Shown piece after piece: positions 39,083-54,061 of a stretch of DNA of 64,000 nt. Location: assembly GCF_009914755.1 (NCBI RefSeq), contig NC_060932.1, one strand, 5' to 3'. A program made the translations under genes and the position numbers. A model generated the notes under the pieces. It was given only the letters and a program-made list of their open reading frames with translations, had not been told where the DNA came from and did no database searches. The stretch is from the human T2T-CHM13v2.0 reference genome, Homo sapiens. Numbering within the stretch: the stretch's first letter is position 1; every line of letters begins with the position of its first letter.

Positions 39083-42000
39083 AATAGACTTTATTTTTTA
39101 CAGGAGCATTATGTTTCCAGAAAACTTGAGCAGAAAGCACAGAGATTTTTCCATACATTTTCTGCCCCCAAATATACACAGTCCTGCCTGCTATCAAAAT
39201 CCCCTCTAGAGTGATGCAGTTGTTACATCCCATGAACCTACATTAACACATCATGATCACCTAGAATCCACAGTTTACAACGCCTTTGGTGCTGTACATT
39301 CTATTGGTTTGGACAAACGTATAATGACATGCTTTCACCATTGTAGAATTATACATAATATTTTCGCTGCCCTAAAAATCCTCTGTGCTCTGCCTATTTA
39401 ACCCTCCCTCCCCTCAACCCTTGACAACCTCTGATCCTTTTACTATCATTTTAGTTTTGACTTTTCCACAATGTCATGTAGTTGAAATCAAATGGTATGT
39501 GGCCTTTTCAGATTGGCTTCTTTCTCTTAATAATTATGCATTTAAGTTCCCTCCATGTCTTTTAGTGGCTATTAGCTCATTTTGTTTTATCACCAAATAC
39601 TATTCTATTGTCTGGATGTAGATGGCTCCCAAGTTTTGGAAATTATGAATAAAGCTGCTGTAAACATTCATGTGCAGGTTTTTGTGTGGATATAAGTATT
39701 CAATTCATGTGGGTAAATACCAAGGCAATCAATTTGTGGATAACATATTAAGAGTATGTTTAACTTTGTCAGAAACTGCCAAACTGTCTTTCAAAGCTGC
39801 TGTATCATTTTGTATTCCCACAAATACAAAATTGTCATTTTAATTGTCATTCTGTCATTTAAAGCTATCCTGTTTGTGGCATTTTGTTATGGCAGCCCAT
39901 AACAGAAGACTTCTTTTTTCCCAGTCTTGGATGCTAGAATTTGCTCCACATCTTCACCACTATTTGGTGTTGTCAGTGTTCTAGATGTTGGCCACTCTCA
40001 TGGGGATGTAGTAATATTTCATTATTGCTTTAATTTGCATTTCCTTAATGACATACGATGTAGAACATCCTTGCATATGTTTATTGTCCATCTGTAAATA
40101 TTCTTTGGTGATGTCTCTGTTCAAGTATTGTGCCGAGTTTTTAATAAGGATTTTGTTTTCTTATTACTGAGCTTTAAGTGTTCTTTGTACATTTTAGATA
40201 ACAGTGCCTTTTTATGTAATTTGTAAATATTTTATATAATTATGTAAATATTTGTGAAATGTAAATTTTGCAAATTTTGCAAATATTTTCTCCTTTTCTG
40301 TAAATTATCTTTCCATTCTCTAGACAGTGTCTTTCACAGAGCAACAGTTTTTAACTTTAATACAGACCAGTTTATCAATTTTTTTCTTTCATGGATCATG
40401 CCCTGGTGTTGTATCTAGTAAGTCATCATCATGCCAAAGATCATCTAGGCTTTTTTTGTGTTATCTTTTAAGAGATTTATAGTTTTGTGTTGTGTTCTAA
40501 ATTTAGGGCTATGATCCATTTCGAGCTTGTGATGAGTGTAAGGTCTATGTCTAGATTCTTTCTTTCTTTCTTTCTTTTACATTTGGAAATCAGGTTGTTT
40601 CAGCGCTATTTATTGACAAGGATACCCTTTCTCCTTTTCTCCATTGTATTGCCGTTGCTCTGTTGTCTAAGAGCAGTTGACTATATTAATAGGGGTCTAT
40701 TTCTGGGCTCTTTATTCTGTTCCATAGGTTTATATATCTTTTCTTCTGCCAGTACCACACTCTCTAATTATGGTAGCTTTATGCAAGTCTTGAAGACAAA
40801 TAATGTCCGTCCTCCAACTTTGTTCTTCTCCTTCAATATTATACTGGCTATTTTCTATCTTTTGCCTCTCTATATAAACTTCAGAATCAGTTTGTTGATA
40901 TATACAAAATGACTTGCTAAAATTTTGATTGGAATTTTGTTGTATCTAGATGAAGTTGGGAAGATCTGCCATCTTGTCAACATTGAGTCTTCCTATTGAT
41001 TATATGGAATACCTCTTCATTTATTCCATTCTGCTTTGATTGCTTTAATCAGAGTTTTTAGTTTTCCATATACAGATCTTGTACATATTTTGTTAGAGTT
41101 ATACCTAAGTATTTCATTTTTGAGGGGAGCTAATGAAAATTGTGCTGTAATTTTAATTTCAAAGTTCACTAGTTCATTGCTGATTTAAGGAAAGTCACTG
41201 ACAATTGTATATTAATCTGGTATCTTGCAACATTGCTATAATTTATTATTAGTTCCGGGAGGGTTTTTTCCTAATCCCTTGGGATTTTCTGAATAGACCA
41301 TCATGTTATCTATGAACAAAGTTTTCTTTCTTTCTTCCCAATCTGTAATCTTTTATTTCCTTTTCCTTTTTATTGCATTAGCTAAGGCTTCCAGTATAAT
41401 GCTGAAAAGCAAGGGTAAGAGGGGACATCCTTGCCTTTGTTCCTGATCTTAACAGGAAAGCTACTATTTTCTCACCAGTAAGTAATGTTAGCTGATTTAT
41501 AGATATTATTAATCAAGTTGAAAAAGTTCCCTCTATTCCTGCTTTACTGAGAATTTTAGCATACATAGGTGTCAGATTTCATGAAATGCATTTTCTGCAT
41601 CTATTGATATGATTGTTTGACTTTTTTCATTAGTCTTTTAATGTAATGGGTTATATTAATTGATTTTTGAATGTTGAAACCGACCTGCCTACCTGAAATG
41701 AATCCCACTTGCTTTTAATGTGTTATTCTTCTTATAAGTTGTTGGATTTGATTTGCTGATATTTTGTTGAGTGTTTTATGAGAGATATTAGTCTTTTATT
41801 ACAATATCATTGCCTGATTTTAATATTAGGGTAATGCTGGTTTCATAGAATGAGTTAGGAAGTAGTCCTTCTGTTTCTATCTTCTGGAAGAGATTGTAGA
41901 GAACTGGTATAATCTCTCCCTCAAATATTTTGTAGAATTCATCGGTAAACCCAGCTCGGCTGGTACTTTAGTTTTAGAAGGTTATTAATTATTTATTCAA

Positions 42001-43083
42001 TTTTTAAAATTGATATAAGACTATTCAGTATGTCTGTTTATTCCTGTGTGAGTTTTGGCAGATTGTGCCTTTGAAGGAATTGGTTCATTTTCATCTAGGA
42101 TATGAAATTTTTAGGTATAGAGTTGTTCATCCTATACATTTTGCTATCCTTTTAACGTTCATGGTATCTGTGGTAATGTTCCTTTTCTTATTTTTGGTAT
42201 TAGTAATTCATTTTTCTCTTTTTTTTTACTTAATTACCCTGGCTAAAGATTTATCAATTTTATTGATCTTGTCAAATAATGAACCTTTGGTTCTATTGAT
42301 TTTCTCTATTGATTTACTCTTTTTAATTTCATTGATTTCTGTTATAATTTTTATTATTTATTTTCTTCTGCTTACTTTGGATTTCATTTGCCCTTCATTT
42401 TCTAGTTTCCTAAGATAGAAGCTTAAATTATTAATTTTAAATCTTTTTTTTATTATTTGCATTCAGTGCTATACATTTCCCTCTAAGCATTGCTTTTATT
42501 GTCTCCCACATATTTTGGTAAGTTGTGTTTTCATTTTCATTTAGTTCAAAATATTTAAAAATTTCTCTTGAAATTTCTTTGACCCATATGCTATTTAAAA
42601 GTGTTTTGTTTAATCACCAAATATTTTGGGTTTTTTTCAGTCATCTTCCTGTTACTGAATTCTAGTTTAATTTCACTGTATTTGGAGGGCAAATATTGAA
42701 TTATTTACATTGTTTTAAATTTGTTAAGGTGTGTTTTATAAACCAGAATGTGGTCTATCTTGCTAAACATTCTGTATGAGCTTGAGAAGAAGGTATATTC
42801 TGCTATTGTTGGTTGATGTAGTCCATACATGTCCATTATATACAGGTGATTGATGCTGCTGCTTAGGTCAACTCTGTGCTTACTGATTTTCTGCCTACTG
42901 GATCTGTCCATTTCTGGTTTCTTTAAAGTCTTCAACTATAATGGTGGGTTCATCTCTTTCTCCTTACAGTTCTATCAGTTTTCACCTTATATATTTTGAT
43001 GCTCTATTTTTACATGTGTACAAAATGATTATATGTCCTCTTGGAGAATCAACCCCCTTATCATTATGCAGTGCTTTTATCCC

Positions 43084-43395
43084 TGTCTGCTTGGGCTGCT
43101 ATAAAAAATATTACAAACAGGGTAGCTTAAATGACAGGCATTTATTTTTTCCCAGTCTTGGATGCTAGGATTCTATGGCCAAGGTGGTGGCAAATTTAGT
43201 TTCTGATGAGGGCTATCTTCTCGGCTTTAGGAATAGATCAGGATTAGATTACAACACGAATCCTCTCAGATCAGGATCACAATTTTATTGCCTCGTTTAA
43301 CCTTAATTACTTTATTAAAGACCCTGATCTCCAAATACAGTCACGTATAGAACTTCAATATATTATTTTTGGGGGAAAACATACATTTATGCCAT
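43084..43395 (-). mobile_element. MLT1A/B-type LTR, internally deleted or rearranged, nested in L1
   Basis: ttgggctgctataaaaaatattacaaacagggtagcttaaatgacag...aaagaccctgatctccaaatacagtcac. Confidence 0.8.
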
Positions 43396-43997
43396 TTAAT
43401 CTCTGACATCTTTTCTTGCTGTGAAGTGTGTTTGGCCTGAAATTAATATAGCTATTCTCACTTTCTTTTGATTAGTGATAACTTAATGTATCTTTTACAA
43501 CTATCGCCACCTCTTTACTTTTAATTTATATGTGTTTTTATAGTTAAAATGGATTCTTTTTATACAACATAAAGTTGCGCTGCGTTTTTTGATCTACTCT
43601 GACAATCTTTGTCTCTTAATTGGTGTGCTTAGACCACTGGTGTTTAAAGTGATAATTGATATAGTAGGTCTAATATCTACTATATTTGGTTTTTTTTGTT
43701 ATTTGCCCTTATTCTTTGTTCCTCTTTGTTTTCCATTCTTTTATACTTTTTGTGGTTTTAATTGAGCATTGTATGTGATTCCATTTTCTTTCTTCCTTAG
43801 CCCACCAGTCATGCTTTTTTTAGTGGTTGCTCTAAAGTTTGCAATATATATTTACAATTAATCCAAGTTTTCTTTCAAATAACCTTCTACTGCTTTACAG
43901 ATAGTGCAAGTACTTTATAATAACAAAATAATTCTAATTCTTTCAACTCTGTCTTTTTAATTCCTGTCATTTATTTCCCTTATACATATAAGCTTAT

Positions 43998-44358
43998 TGT
44001 ATTAGTCAGTTTTCATGCTGCTGATAAAGACATACCTGAGACTGGGCAATTTACAAAAGAAAGAGGTTTAATGGACTCACAGTTCCATGGGCTGAGGAGG
44101 CTTCACAATCATGGCACAAGGCAAAAGGCACATCTCACGTGGCAGCAGACAAGAGAAGAGAATAAGAGCCAAGCAACAGGGGTTTGCTGTTATAAAACCT
44201 TCAGATCTCATGAGACTTATTCACTACCACAAGAACAGTATGGGGGAAACTGCCCCCATGATTCAGTTATCTCCCACTGGGTCACTCCCACAACACAAGG
44301 GAATTATGGGAGCTACAATTCAAGATGATTTGGGTGGGAACACAGCCAAACCATATCA
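43998..44358 (-). mobile_element. THE1B solo LTR nested in L1
   Basis: tgtattagtcagttttcatgctgctgataaagacatacctgagactgggcaatttac...gccaaaccatatca. Confidence 0.93.

Positions 44359-44361
<3 letters not shown>

Positions 44362-44401
<40 letters not shown>
44362..44401. repeat. (TA)n microsatellite
   Basis: About 19 TA units. Confidence 0.97.
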
Positions 44402-44404
<3 letters not shown>

Positions 44405-44882
44405 TACATTGCTGTTAGTTTTTGAACAAATTGTATCTACTAGATCAATTAAGGATTTAAAAAGTGTTTATTTTACATTAACAAGTGTTTATTTTACATT
44501 CACTTATTACTTCTCTGATACTCTGATACTCTTCCTTTATGTAGATCTGAGTTTCTGACATACAATTTTTTTATTAACATTTCTGCAAGGCACATTTCTG
44601 CAAGGCTACAAATTCCTTCAATGTTTGTCTAAGAAAATCTTTATTTCTCCTTTGCTTTTGAAGGATAATTCTGCCAGGTACAGAATTTTAGGTTACATTT
44701 GTTTTCCTCTCTCAAAATCTTAAATATTTCACTCCACTCTCTTTTTGGTTGTATACTTTTTGAGACATCAGATGTAGTTCTTAATTTTGCTCCTCCGTAG
44801 GTAAGGTGTTTTTTCCCTCTGACTTTTTTCAAGACTTTTTCTTTGCCTTTGATTTTCTGCAGTTTGAATATGATATGTTCAG

Positions 44883-44884
<2 letters not shown>

Positions 44885-44922
<38 letters not shown>
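44885..44922. repeat. (TG)n microsatellite inside the L1 ORF1 remnant
   Basis: About 18 TG units. Confidence 0.97.
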
Positions 44923-44925
<3 letters not shown>

Positions 44926-46319
44926 ACATTTATCCTGCCTCATGTTCTCTGAACTTCCTGAATCTGTGCTTTGGTGTCTGACATTGAGTTGGGGAAATTC
45001 TCAGTCATTGTTGTGTCATATATTTTTCTGTTTCTTTCTTTCTTCTCCTCCTTATCTTCCCATTATTATGAATATGTTAATATTTTTGTAGTTGTCTCAT
45101 AGATCTAGGATATTCTGCTCCATTCTTCCAGTTTCTTTCTTTGATTTTTTGATTTGGAACTTTCTATTGACATATTAATCATAGTTGTGTTAAATTCCCA
45201 GTCTGATAATTCCAACATCCCTGTCATATCTAAGACTAGTTCTGATGCTTTCTCTGTCTCTTAAAATTATGTTTTTGGCTTTTTAGTATGCTTTGGTAGT
45301 TTATCTTGACAGTCATACATGAAGTACTGGGTAAAAGGAACTGCTGTAAATAGGCCTTTAGTAATGTGGTGGTAAGGCATTGAGGAGGGGAAGAGTGTAC
45401 CGTGGTCCTCTGAGTAGGTTTTAGTCTTTTAGTGAGCCTGTGCCTCTAGAGTGTGAACTTCACAAATATTTCCAAGTGATGTTCCCTCTCAATCCCTGCT
45501 TAGGTGGAATAGAATGACTAGGGTGGGTTGAAGTTGGGTATTTTTCACTCCCTGTGTGGAAGGCTAGAGCGGGCTAGAGTTGGATATCGTCCTTTCCCCC
45601 AGGTCAGTTGGGTTCTAATAATGCCCCAGGAAGTTAGTCTCAGGTTAGCTAGTTTCTGTGGAGGGCAGACCTTATTAAGAAGAAAAAGTGCTCTGGCATA
45701 CCTTACAATGATTACTTTTACCCTCCTTTGCTGGAGGCATGAGGGACTTTTTCTTTAATATTTACTATGAAAACCTACTAAAACTCCTGGAGATAAAGCT
45801 CACAAAAATGTGTAGGTGGACCTATGACTGAGTCTCCCTGGAGTTTTAATCTTTCAGACTTGCCACACTGAGTCTCTAGAAATTCATTTCTCATTTACAG
45901 TTCAGGTTTTCCTACCCATGCATCTGTTCTCTCGGGGGTTTCTGCTCCTGTAAGTTATGACTCTTTGTATTTGCCTTTCTGTCTTTTCAATTGTGGGATC
46001 AGCAGTTTGCTCGCTGACCTTACTTCTCCAATAGATCTAAGAATACTTGTTGACTTTTCAGCTTGTTCAGTTTCTACTTGTTAGGACTTGGGATAAAGTG
46101 ATTACTTTCCAGCTTCTTATATACCTGACTTGAAATCAGTATTCATTGACATCAGTTCTTTGTGATCAATTCTTTTCTGTGTCACATACAAGCCTCAGGC
46201 GTCAAGGAATGCATCTATTAAATTGAAAATCTTAGGTTAAATAGGACTTTACAATTTTATAATGTGTTTTCTGTGTTTTGTGTCATAGTGACCTGGCCCA
46301 TTTAGGTGCAAAGGAAACA

Positions 46320-46740
46320 TTTTGTTCTCATTTTTTGTATGAGAATAATGAGATCAGAGATCCTGAGTGACATATTTGCACAACAAATATGTAACTCAAA
46401 CCTGGATTTTCTGACTCCAAACCACATCTGTTCCTAAACCTCAAATAGTACCATTTGCTAAATAAAATAACTTAGCATAGAGAGGAAGACAGTTTAGTAT
46501 AGTGGGAAAGAGGATGGGCTTGCAAATCAGATAAATCTGGGCTCGAATCACAGATGTGTTGTTAGTTTTGTGACTTGGAAAAATTTTACAACATTCCTGA
46601 GTCTCAGTTTACTAGTTGCAAAATGGGGCTAATACGACCTACCTTGCTGAGATATTATGAAGATTCAACAAAATGATGTACTCAAACAACTTACCACAAA
46701 ATCTGGTGGTAATCTACTCAAAACATTAGTAGTTGATGTG
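46320..46740. mobile_element. Two MIR fragments in opposite orientation
   Basis: actcaaacctggattttctgactccaaa (-); tgtgacttgga...ctgagtctcagttt...aaaatggggctaata (+). Confidence 0.7.
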
Positions 46741-46904
46741 TGATCATCAGTAAGATAAAGAGAATCACCACCAGGTGGGGCAGATTTCAGTGCAAGGTCA
46801 AAAGAGTCAGATCAGTCCAGAGCTTCAGTCCACAGAGAATGGCATCTAGAATTCTAGGTGCAATTCAGCTAACACATAATAGTTTACATATCTATCTTGA
46901 ATTC

Positions 46905-47660
46905 TTGCATTCATTCAATAAATATTTATTGAGCTGGATACTGCTTTAGGTGCTTAGGATGCATCGGTGAATAACACAGACTTAGATCCCTGCCCTGAGA
47001 GGGTCTCAGAGTTAGCAGAGAATGATAGACAATAGAGAATCGCTTAATGAATAAGGAAATTACTTTGTATGTTAGAAGGTAGTAAGTGCTACAAATAATA
47101 GAAAAGTGGAGCAGAGCAGGGAAACAAGAGTACAGTGGGAGAGACAGCCTGTAACTTAAATGATGTGGTCAGGGTCAACCTCATTTCAAAGGTAATATCT
47201 AAACATATGCTTGGAGGAGGTGAAGGAATATAAAGGAAGAGCTGGGAGGAAGAGCACTGGGTCACAGGATGCAGTCGGGACAGCACTAAGGCAGGAGGGT
47301 GCTTTGGGGGTTTACTCAGAATCAGATGGGGAGGAGCCATGGCAAGGTTTTGAATAGAGGAGTGACTTGATCTGATTTACATTTTAAGATAAATACTCTG
47401 GCTCTTCTTTAGAGAATTAAAGGGTGGAAGCAGGGTAACATTTAAGAAGTTATTGCATTGATCCAAGTATAGGGTAATAATAGGTAGTACTTGAGTGGTA
47501 GAATAGGAGAGAGAAGAGAGTGGCCAGATTCTATATAGATTGAATGTAAAACCAGTAGGATTTCTTTAAAGAGTTGAAAAGATTGGAAGTGTTGGTGAGA
47601 GAAAACGGGACTCAAGAATGATTCCAAATATTTTAGCCTGAGCTAAAGAATGGACTGGAC
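46905..47660 (-). mobile_element. L2a fragment
   Basis: cattcattcaataaatatttattgagc...gattccaaatattttagcctgagc. Confidence 0.8.
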
Positions 47661-47862
47661 CTTAAGACTGAGCTAAGGAGGGAGTTGCCACGGCTGCGAT
47701 GGGATTCCATGTTACTGATTATTATGGCTCTCGCAAGACCTCAACATGTTTGTTGAACTGCAGACTTGGCTATGGCCCCCAAATGAGCTAGTTTTGAATT
47801 ACAGAAGATTCAGTGCAGAATTGGGAAGTTGGAGGGGAAAAAATCTTGGTGTCACTATTCTT

Positions 47863-48492
47863 CTTTTTTTTTTTTTAGGGTAAACAAACTTTATCCCACA
47901 TAAATGGCAATGCAGTTATACTAAGCAAATGATATAATAAGCACGTTGCAATGGGAAGCAGAGAAGGGAAAAGAGATATATGTATATTTACACTCATCAG
48001 ACTATGGAGGATTCACCACCAGACTGGGAAGCAACACCCTGGGCTCCATAGTTGGCCACTTGTCTGTGCACAGATGAGGAGGGATCTCATGAAGCTTTGG
48101 CACAGTCTTGAGACTTAGCTCTTTTTTTTTTTTTTCAAGTTTTATTAACATTTATTTTTCCATTGGGAAATTTACTGATGCTGACAGTACTGGAGACACT
48201 TGATAGGGATATACAATTTTGTTTAGCTTCAGATTCAAAGACCAAACCACTAAACTTTCTTTCCAGTATCATCGTTTCTAGGAAGGTCAGATAAAGTTTC
48301 CTGAATACAAACTGGATCATGCTTCTCACTTAACATTCAACAGGTTTTTCAGCTTAGAATAAAAATTACATTCTACACTGTAATTTGTCCATCTCTTCCT
48401 CTCCAGCCACAGGTCCAATTTGACCCACTATTTCAGTCACTATGAACAATTAATGTTTGCCTGGGCCAGTATATCTGTCCCTATCATAACTG
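47863..48492 (-). other. Putative L1 3'-transduced DNA (two blocks, each ending in poly(A))
   Basis: Lies between the L1PA tail and the left TSD copy TGTCACTATTCTT (47850-47862); T13 at 47864-47876 and T14 at 48122-48135. Confidence 0.8.
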
Positions 48493-50392
<1,900 letters not shown>

Positions 50393-51549
50393 TGTCACTA
50401 TTCTTACTATGAGCGGTCTGATGTCATTGTGCCATCATTTGTCACCAGCTGCCTGGGGTTCAGTAGTGTCTATCACTGCAGTCTCTCAGAGGCAATTCTT
50501 GGGCATGAGATTATCATTTAGTAGGAAACTGAAATTGTAGTAAGTTTCAATTGAATACCTAGCACTAAAACTTTAGGAGCTCTCTGCATGTTGTAGCTAA
50601 TAGAAAAGCAAAGGTCTGAGAAATGGTAATATAGTTCTGGAATTTACGGTGCCATATTATGATTGTAAGAAGTAAAGGTATATTTATTTCTCTGTGGGTA
50701 AGAAGGTAGTACTTTAGGAGTGAGTATAATTAAGGAAGTGTTTTAGGTAGGGACTAAGTAATTTAATTTCCATAAACTATTAAGGCAATTCCAGTGTTAT
50801 TTTTCCCTAAGCCACCAAGAAAATGAAAATGTATTTTACCAGCAGTGTTTTTTGGTTTTTTTTTTGTTTTTTTTAACCAGAAGTTTGGTACATTATGGTC
50901 TTCAGCATTTTGTTTATGTTTAAGATGTACTTTCAAAGAGTTTTCTCCCTTAAACTATAAAAGTTACCTCTAACAACTTGTGGGGAGTTTTCCTGCATTT
51001 TCTGCATAGTTTGCCAATTCCCTGGTAAGTTTTTTAATACCTTTAGACACCAAATAGTCTCTTGCCTAAGAGGATACATACAAAAATGCTCTTTAGGCTA
51101 ACAAGAGGTTATTATTACATCATTAAGAATATTAAGAAACATTCAGGAGTTATGATTTATTCATTCAGCACACACATTGATCACTTCCTATAAAATAGGT
51201 ACTATGCTTGGCCCTAAGTATATCACCCATCGGCTAATGGAACACAAGCATACAAAATAAAACTTTAGTAGATACAGTTTGACAAATCCAATTATAAAAG
51301 AATGGAACAATGGTAACACAGACGAAGGCATGATTAAATATTTTTGGAGGGATGGAAAGTGTGGCTGAGTTAGGTCTTCAGTGAAGAATAAGGGCTCTCA
51401 ATATGTATATGCATGGTAGGGCACATGGAATAAGCACCTGCCCAAACAGAGCAGCATAGGATGCATAAGCTCACTGAAGAATGGAAAAGGCAGTAAGTAA
51501 TTGAAGGAGCATCAGAAAGGTTCCTGAAAACATGAAGAGGGTGATGGGT

Positions 51550-51615
51550 TGATTTGTGTCATAAGTTTAAGTCCTAACCCCCAGTTCCTCAGAACGCGAC
51601 TTTATTTGGAAAACT
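51550..51615 (+). mobile_element. MLT1 5' fragment
   Basis: aagtcctaacccccagttcctcagaacgcgactttatttggaaa. Confidence 0.6.
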
Positions 51616-52846
51616 GAAGAAGAAGATGTTGAAAGTGAAGATAATCTCACTTAGGCATGTCAGCCAGGAAATCCAGTCAGAGAACTGGGTTTTTGATATC
51701 AGTGAAATCCAAACAGAAATAGAAAAATTACCTATGGTCGATCATAGTGTTATCATCATTGGCCAGAGAAGGAATTTCCAGGTACATTTGGCTCAGATAG
51801 TTTGTGCAAACAGGTGAAAATAGTTGTTACCAAATTGTATGAGTATAATAAAATAGCTAGTTTAAGAACACACCTGTGTCCAGAACACACTATGAGGATG
51901 AACAGACTTTCTCCTGGGACTGTGGAGATGATGGGGAACAGCATCTGGTAGGTGTTTTCTCCATTGCATAGGGGTTTTTAATGTGAGGGGTGTCATGGTG
52001 TTTGTGTCACACTGGCATGCAGACATTCTGCTGGGACTATATTGCATATTACTGGCACATATAAACTATGCTAGTAATATATCAGTGGAGAAATTCACCA
52101 GGGAAGCCATCTAAGCCTTTGGTAAAGAACAAAAAAAAAAAATAAGAAAAGACAACAATTTGAAAGTATATTTCTTGTGATGATTACTGAAGAATCAAGC
52201 TATGCTTGAAGCTTTGCTAAGGTAATGGGGCACTTGGAGAAGGAATAGAAAACAGCAGAATGACCCAGGTGTAGGGCATGTATCTGCAGTGTGGTCACCA
52301 CAAACCTGGCGCATGCTTCTTATCCCCTCTCTAGCCATCTTTTCAATTCCATGACTTTGTGGAGAGAAGAAAAAACCCCTCAATTTGAAAACAGAAAATC
52401 CCTCTTATTTTCTAATATGAGGATATTTTACTTAACATCAATGCTTTTGTTTCTTTTATTGTGTTTTTATTTACCTCTAGATGTTAAACAATAAAATTAC
52501 CTTCTAGATATGACAATAATTTACTATTCAATTTCACATAGGATTGTAAACAGTTGTTAAAATTATGAATTGATCATAGATTTTCCCGGGATTCCCTTCC
52601 AGAATAAGGAAACAGAAAATAGAAGGTAAACTTTGGATGGTACTGGGGCATGAAAAGCTCTGGGGACAAAAAACGCGGGCAGATGTTTTTCTCTATCGTC
52701 TGATGTTTTATCTTTAGGAAAACCAACATCCCGACTTTATATTTTTAATAAGAATCTAGTAAATAGCTTTAGGCTAGGATGGATTCTGAGAGATAAAATT
52801 ATTCTTGTTATGTGTCTAATGTTATTGGTTATTGAGAGTCACAAGT

Positions 52847-52885
52847 CACACACACACAAACACACACACACACACACACACACAC
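52847..52885. repeat. (CA)n microsatellite, one interruption
   Basis: cacacacacacaaacacacaca... Confidence 0.95.
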
Positions 52886-53411
52886 CACTTACTGAAAGTT
52901 CCATGAAAAGTTAAGTGTGTCCTATTTATAGAACAAAAATTAAAAAGCTAGAAACCTTTCATTGGCATTAGACAGCTTACCAATTTTGGCATGTGACACC
53001 TGTGGGAAAAAATATAAAATAATAAGAATTGGTGCTTCACAAAATTAATGTCAGTTAATTCTTCTACCACACTAGATTTTAATTTTATCCAAAATTTATT
53101 TGAATCTTTATAAAAATCAAAGTACACTTTACATCTATAAATTCATTTCATCTTATTTAAAAAATCTTTTATTTTTGCTTCTACAAAGCTCTTAGTAAAA
53201 AGAAAACCTAATCTTTGCTCAAAGTCAGCTGGCTAATAAAAGGGAAAGAAGCAAATTTCTTTAACTCTAATCCTGGGTTATTTCACACTGTACTGTTAAG
53301 AAGACCCAACCTGATGATGATGTTTTTGCTGTAATGAAAATTTCTCTTGGTCAGAGGATTTCAAAATTCTTCAAATAATAATTTTTTTTATAAATCCCAC
53401 ATTATGCTTAT

Positions 53412-53590
53412 TTATTATTTATTATTTTTAATTGACAACAATAATTATTTTATGGGATATAATGCAGTGTTTTGAGATAAGTATTTGTGGAATGCATATA
53501 TAAAACTAAATAACATATTCATCACCTTACACACTTTGAGGTGAGAATATTTAAAATCTACCCTTTTAGCAATTTTGAAATATATAGTAT
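53412..53590 (-). mobile_element. L1MA/MB 3' terminal fragment
   Basis: ttttaattgacaacataa...gtgagaatatttaaaatctacccttttagcaattttgaaatata. Confidence 0.75.
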
Positions 53591-54061
53591 TCAAATAATA
53601 ATTTCCTATGGCCATATGTATGCTGTGTCATATTTTGTAGTATATTCCATGAATTAAACATGTTCTCCATGTGCCAGGTTAAGAGTAGGTAGCATCTACT
53701 TTTAAAATGAGAATAACAGTAGCTGTATTAGAAGGATGCTTTTGGAGGAGTATATCATGAAAGAAACTGAAGAGAATCATATCAAATTAATCACAACCCA
53801 GAAAAAAATAGCTTATAATAGGTACTCTGTGGAAGGTAAATAAAATTTATTGAGAAAATCATAGTATCACCTCTAGTCCATTCTCCAGCGATAACCATTG
53901 TTAACATTTTGGTATGCACATCCTTCCTTTTATTTTTTTCCTGTGCGTAATTTGTATATGTGGGTATTGCTTTTTCCACAAAAATGGTATTAAACTTTAT
54001 ATACTGCTTTGTTCTTGCAGATTTCATATAGAAGTATGTTGTTAATATACACGTTCTCATG

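Larger units (their letters stand above)
39083..46135 (-). mobile_element. Near-full-length ancient L1 (L1MC-type) with nested insertions
   Basis: L1MC-like 3' UTR at about 39083-39800; ORF2 remnants (42705..42935 AEYTFFSSSYRMFSKIDHIL, endonuclease); ORF1 remnant (44641..44943 HIIFKLQKIKGKEKVLK...REWSEIFKILRE); 5' boundary approximate. Confidence 0.88.

Noticed and set aside
40487-42418. Hydrophobic, membrane-like ORFs
   Set aside because: An artefact of T-rich antisense L1 sequence.
46768-46784. CTCF-like ccaccaggtggggcag, and ccaggagtggcgc near 33029
   Set aside because: Spacing to the GGC core is wrong in both.
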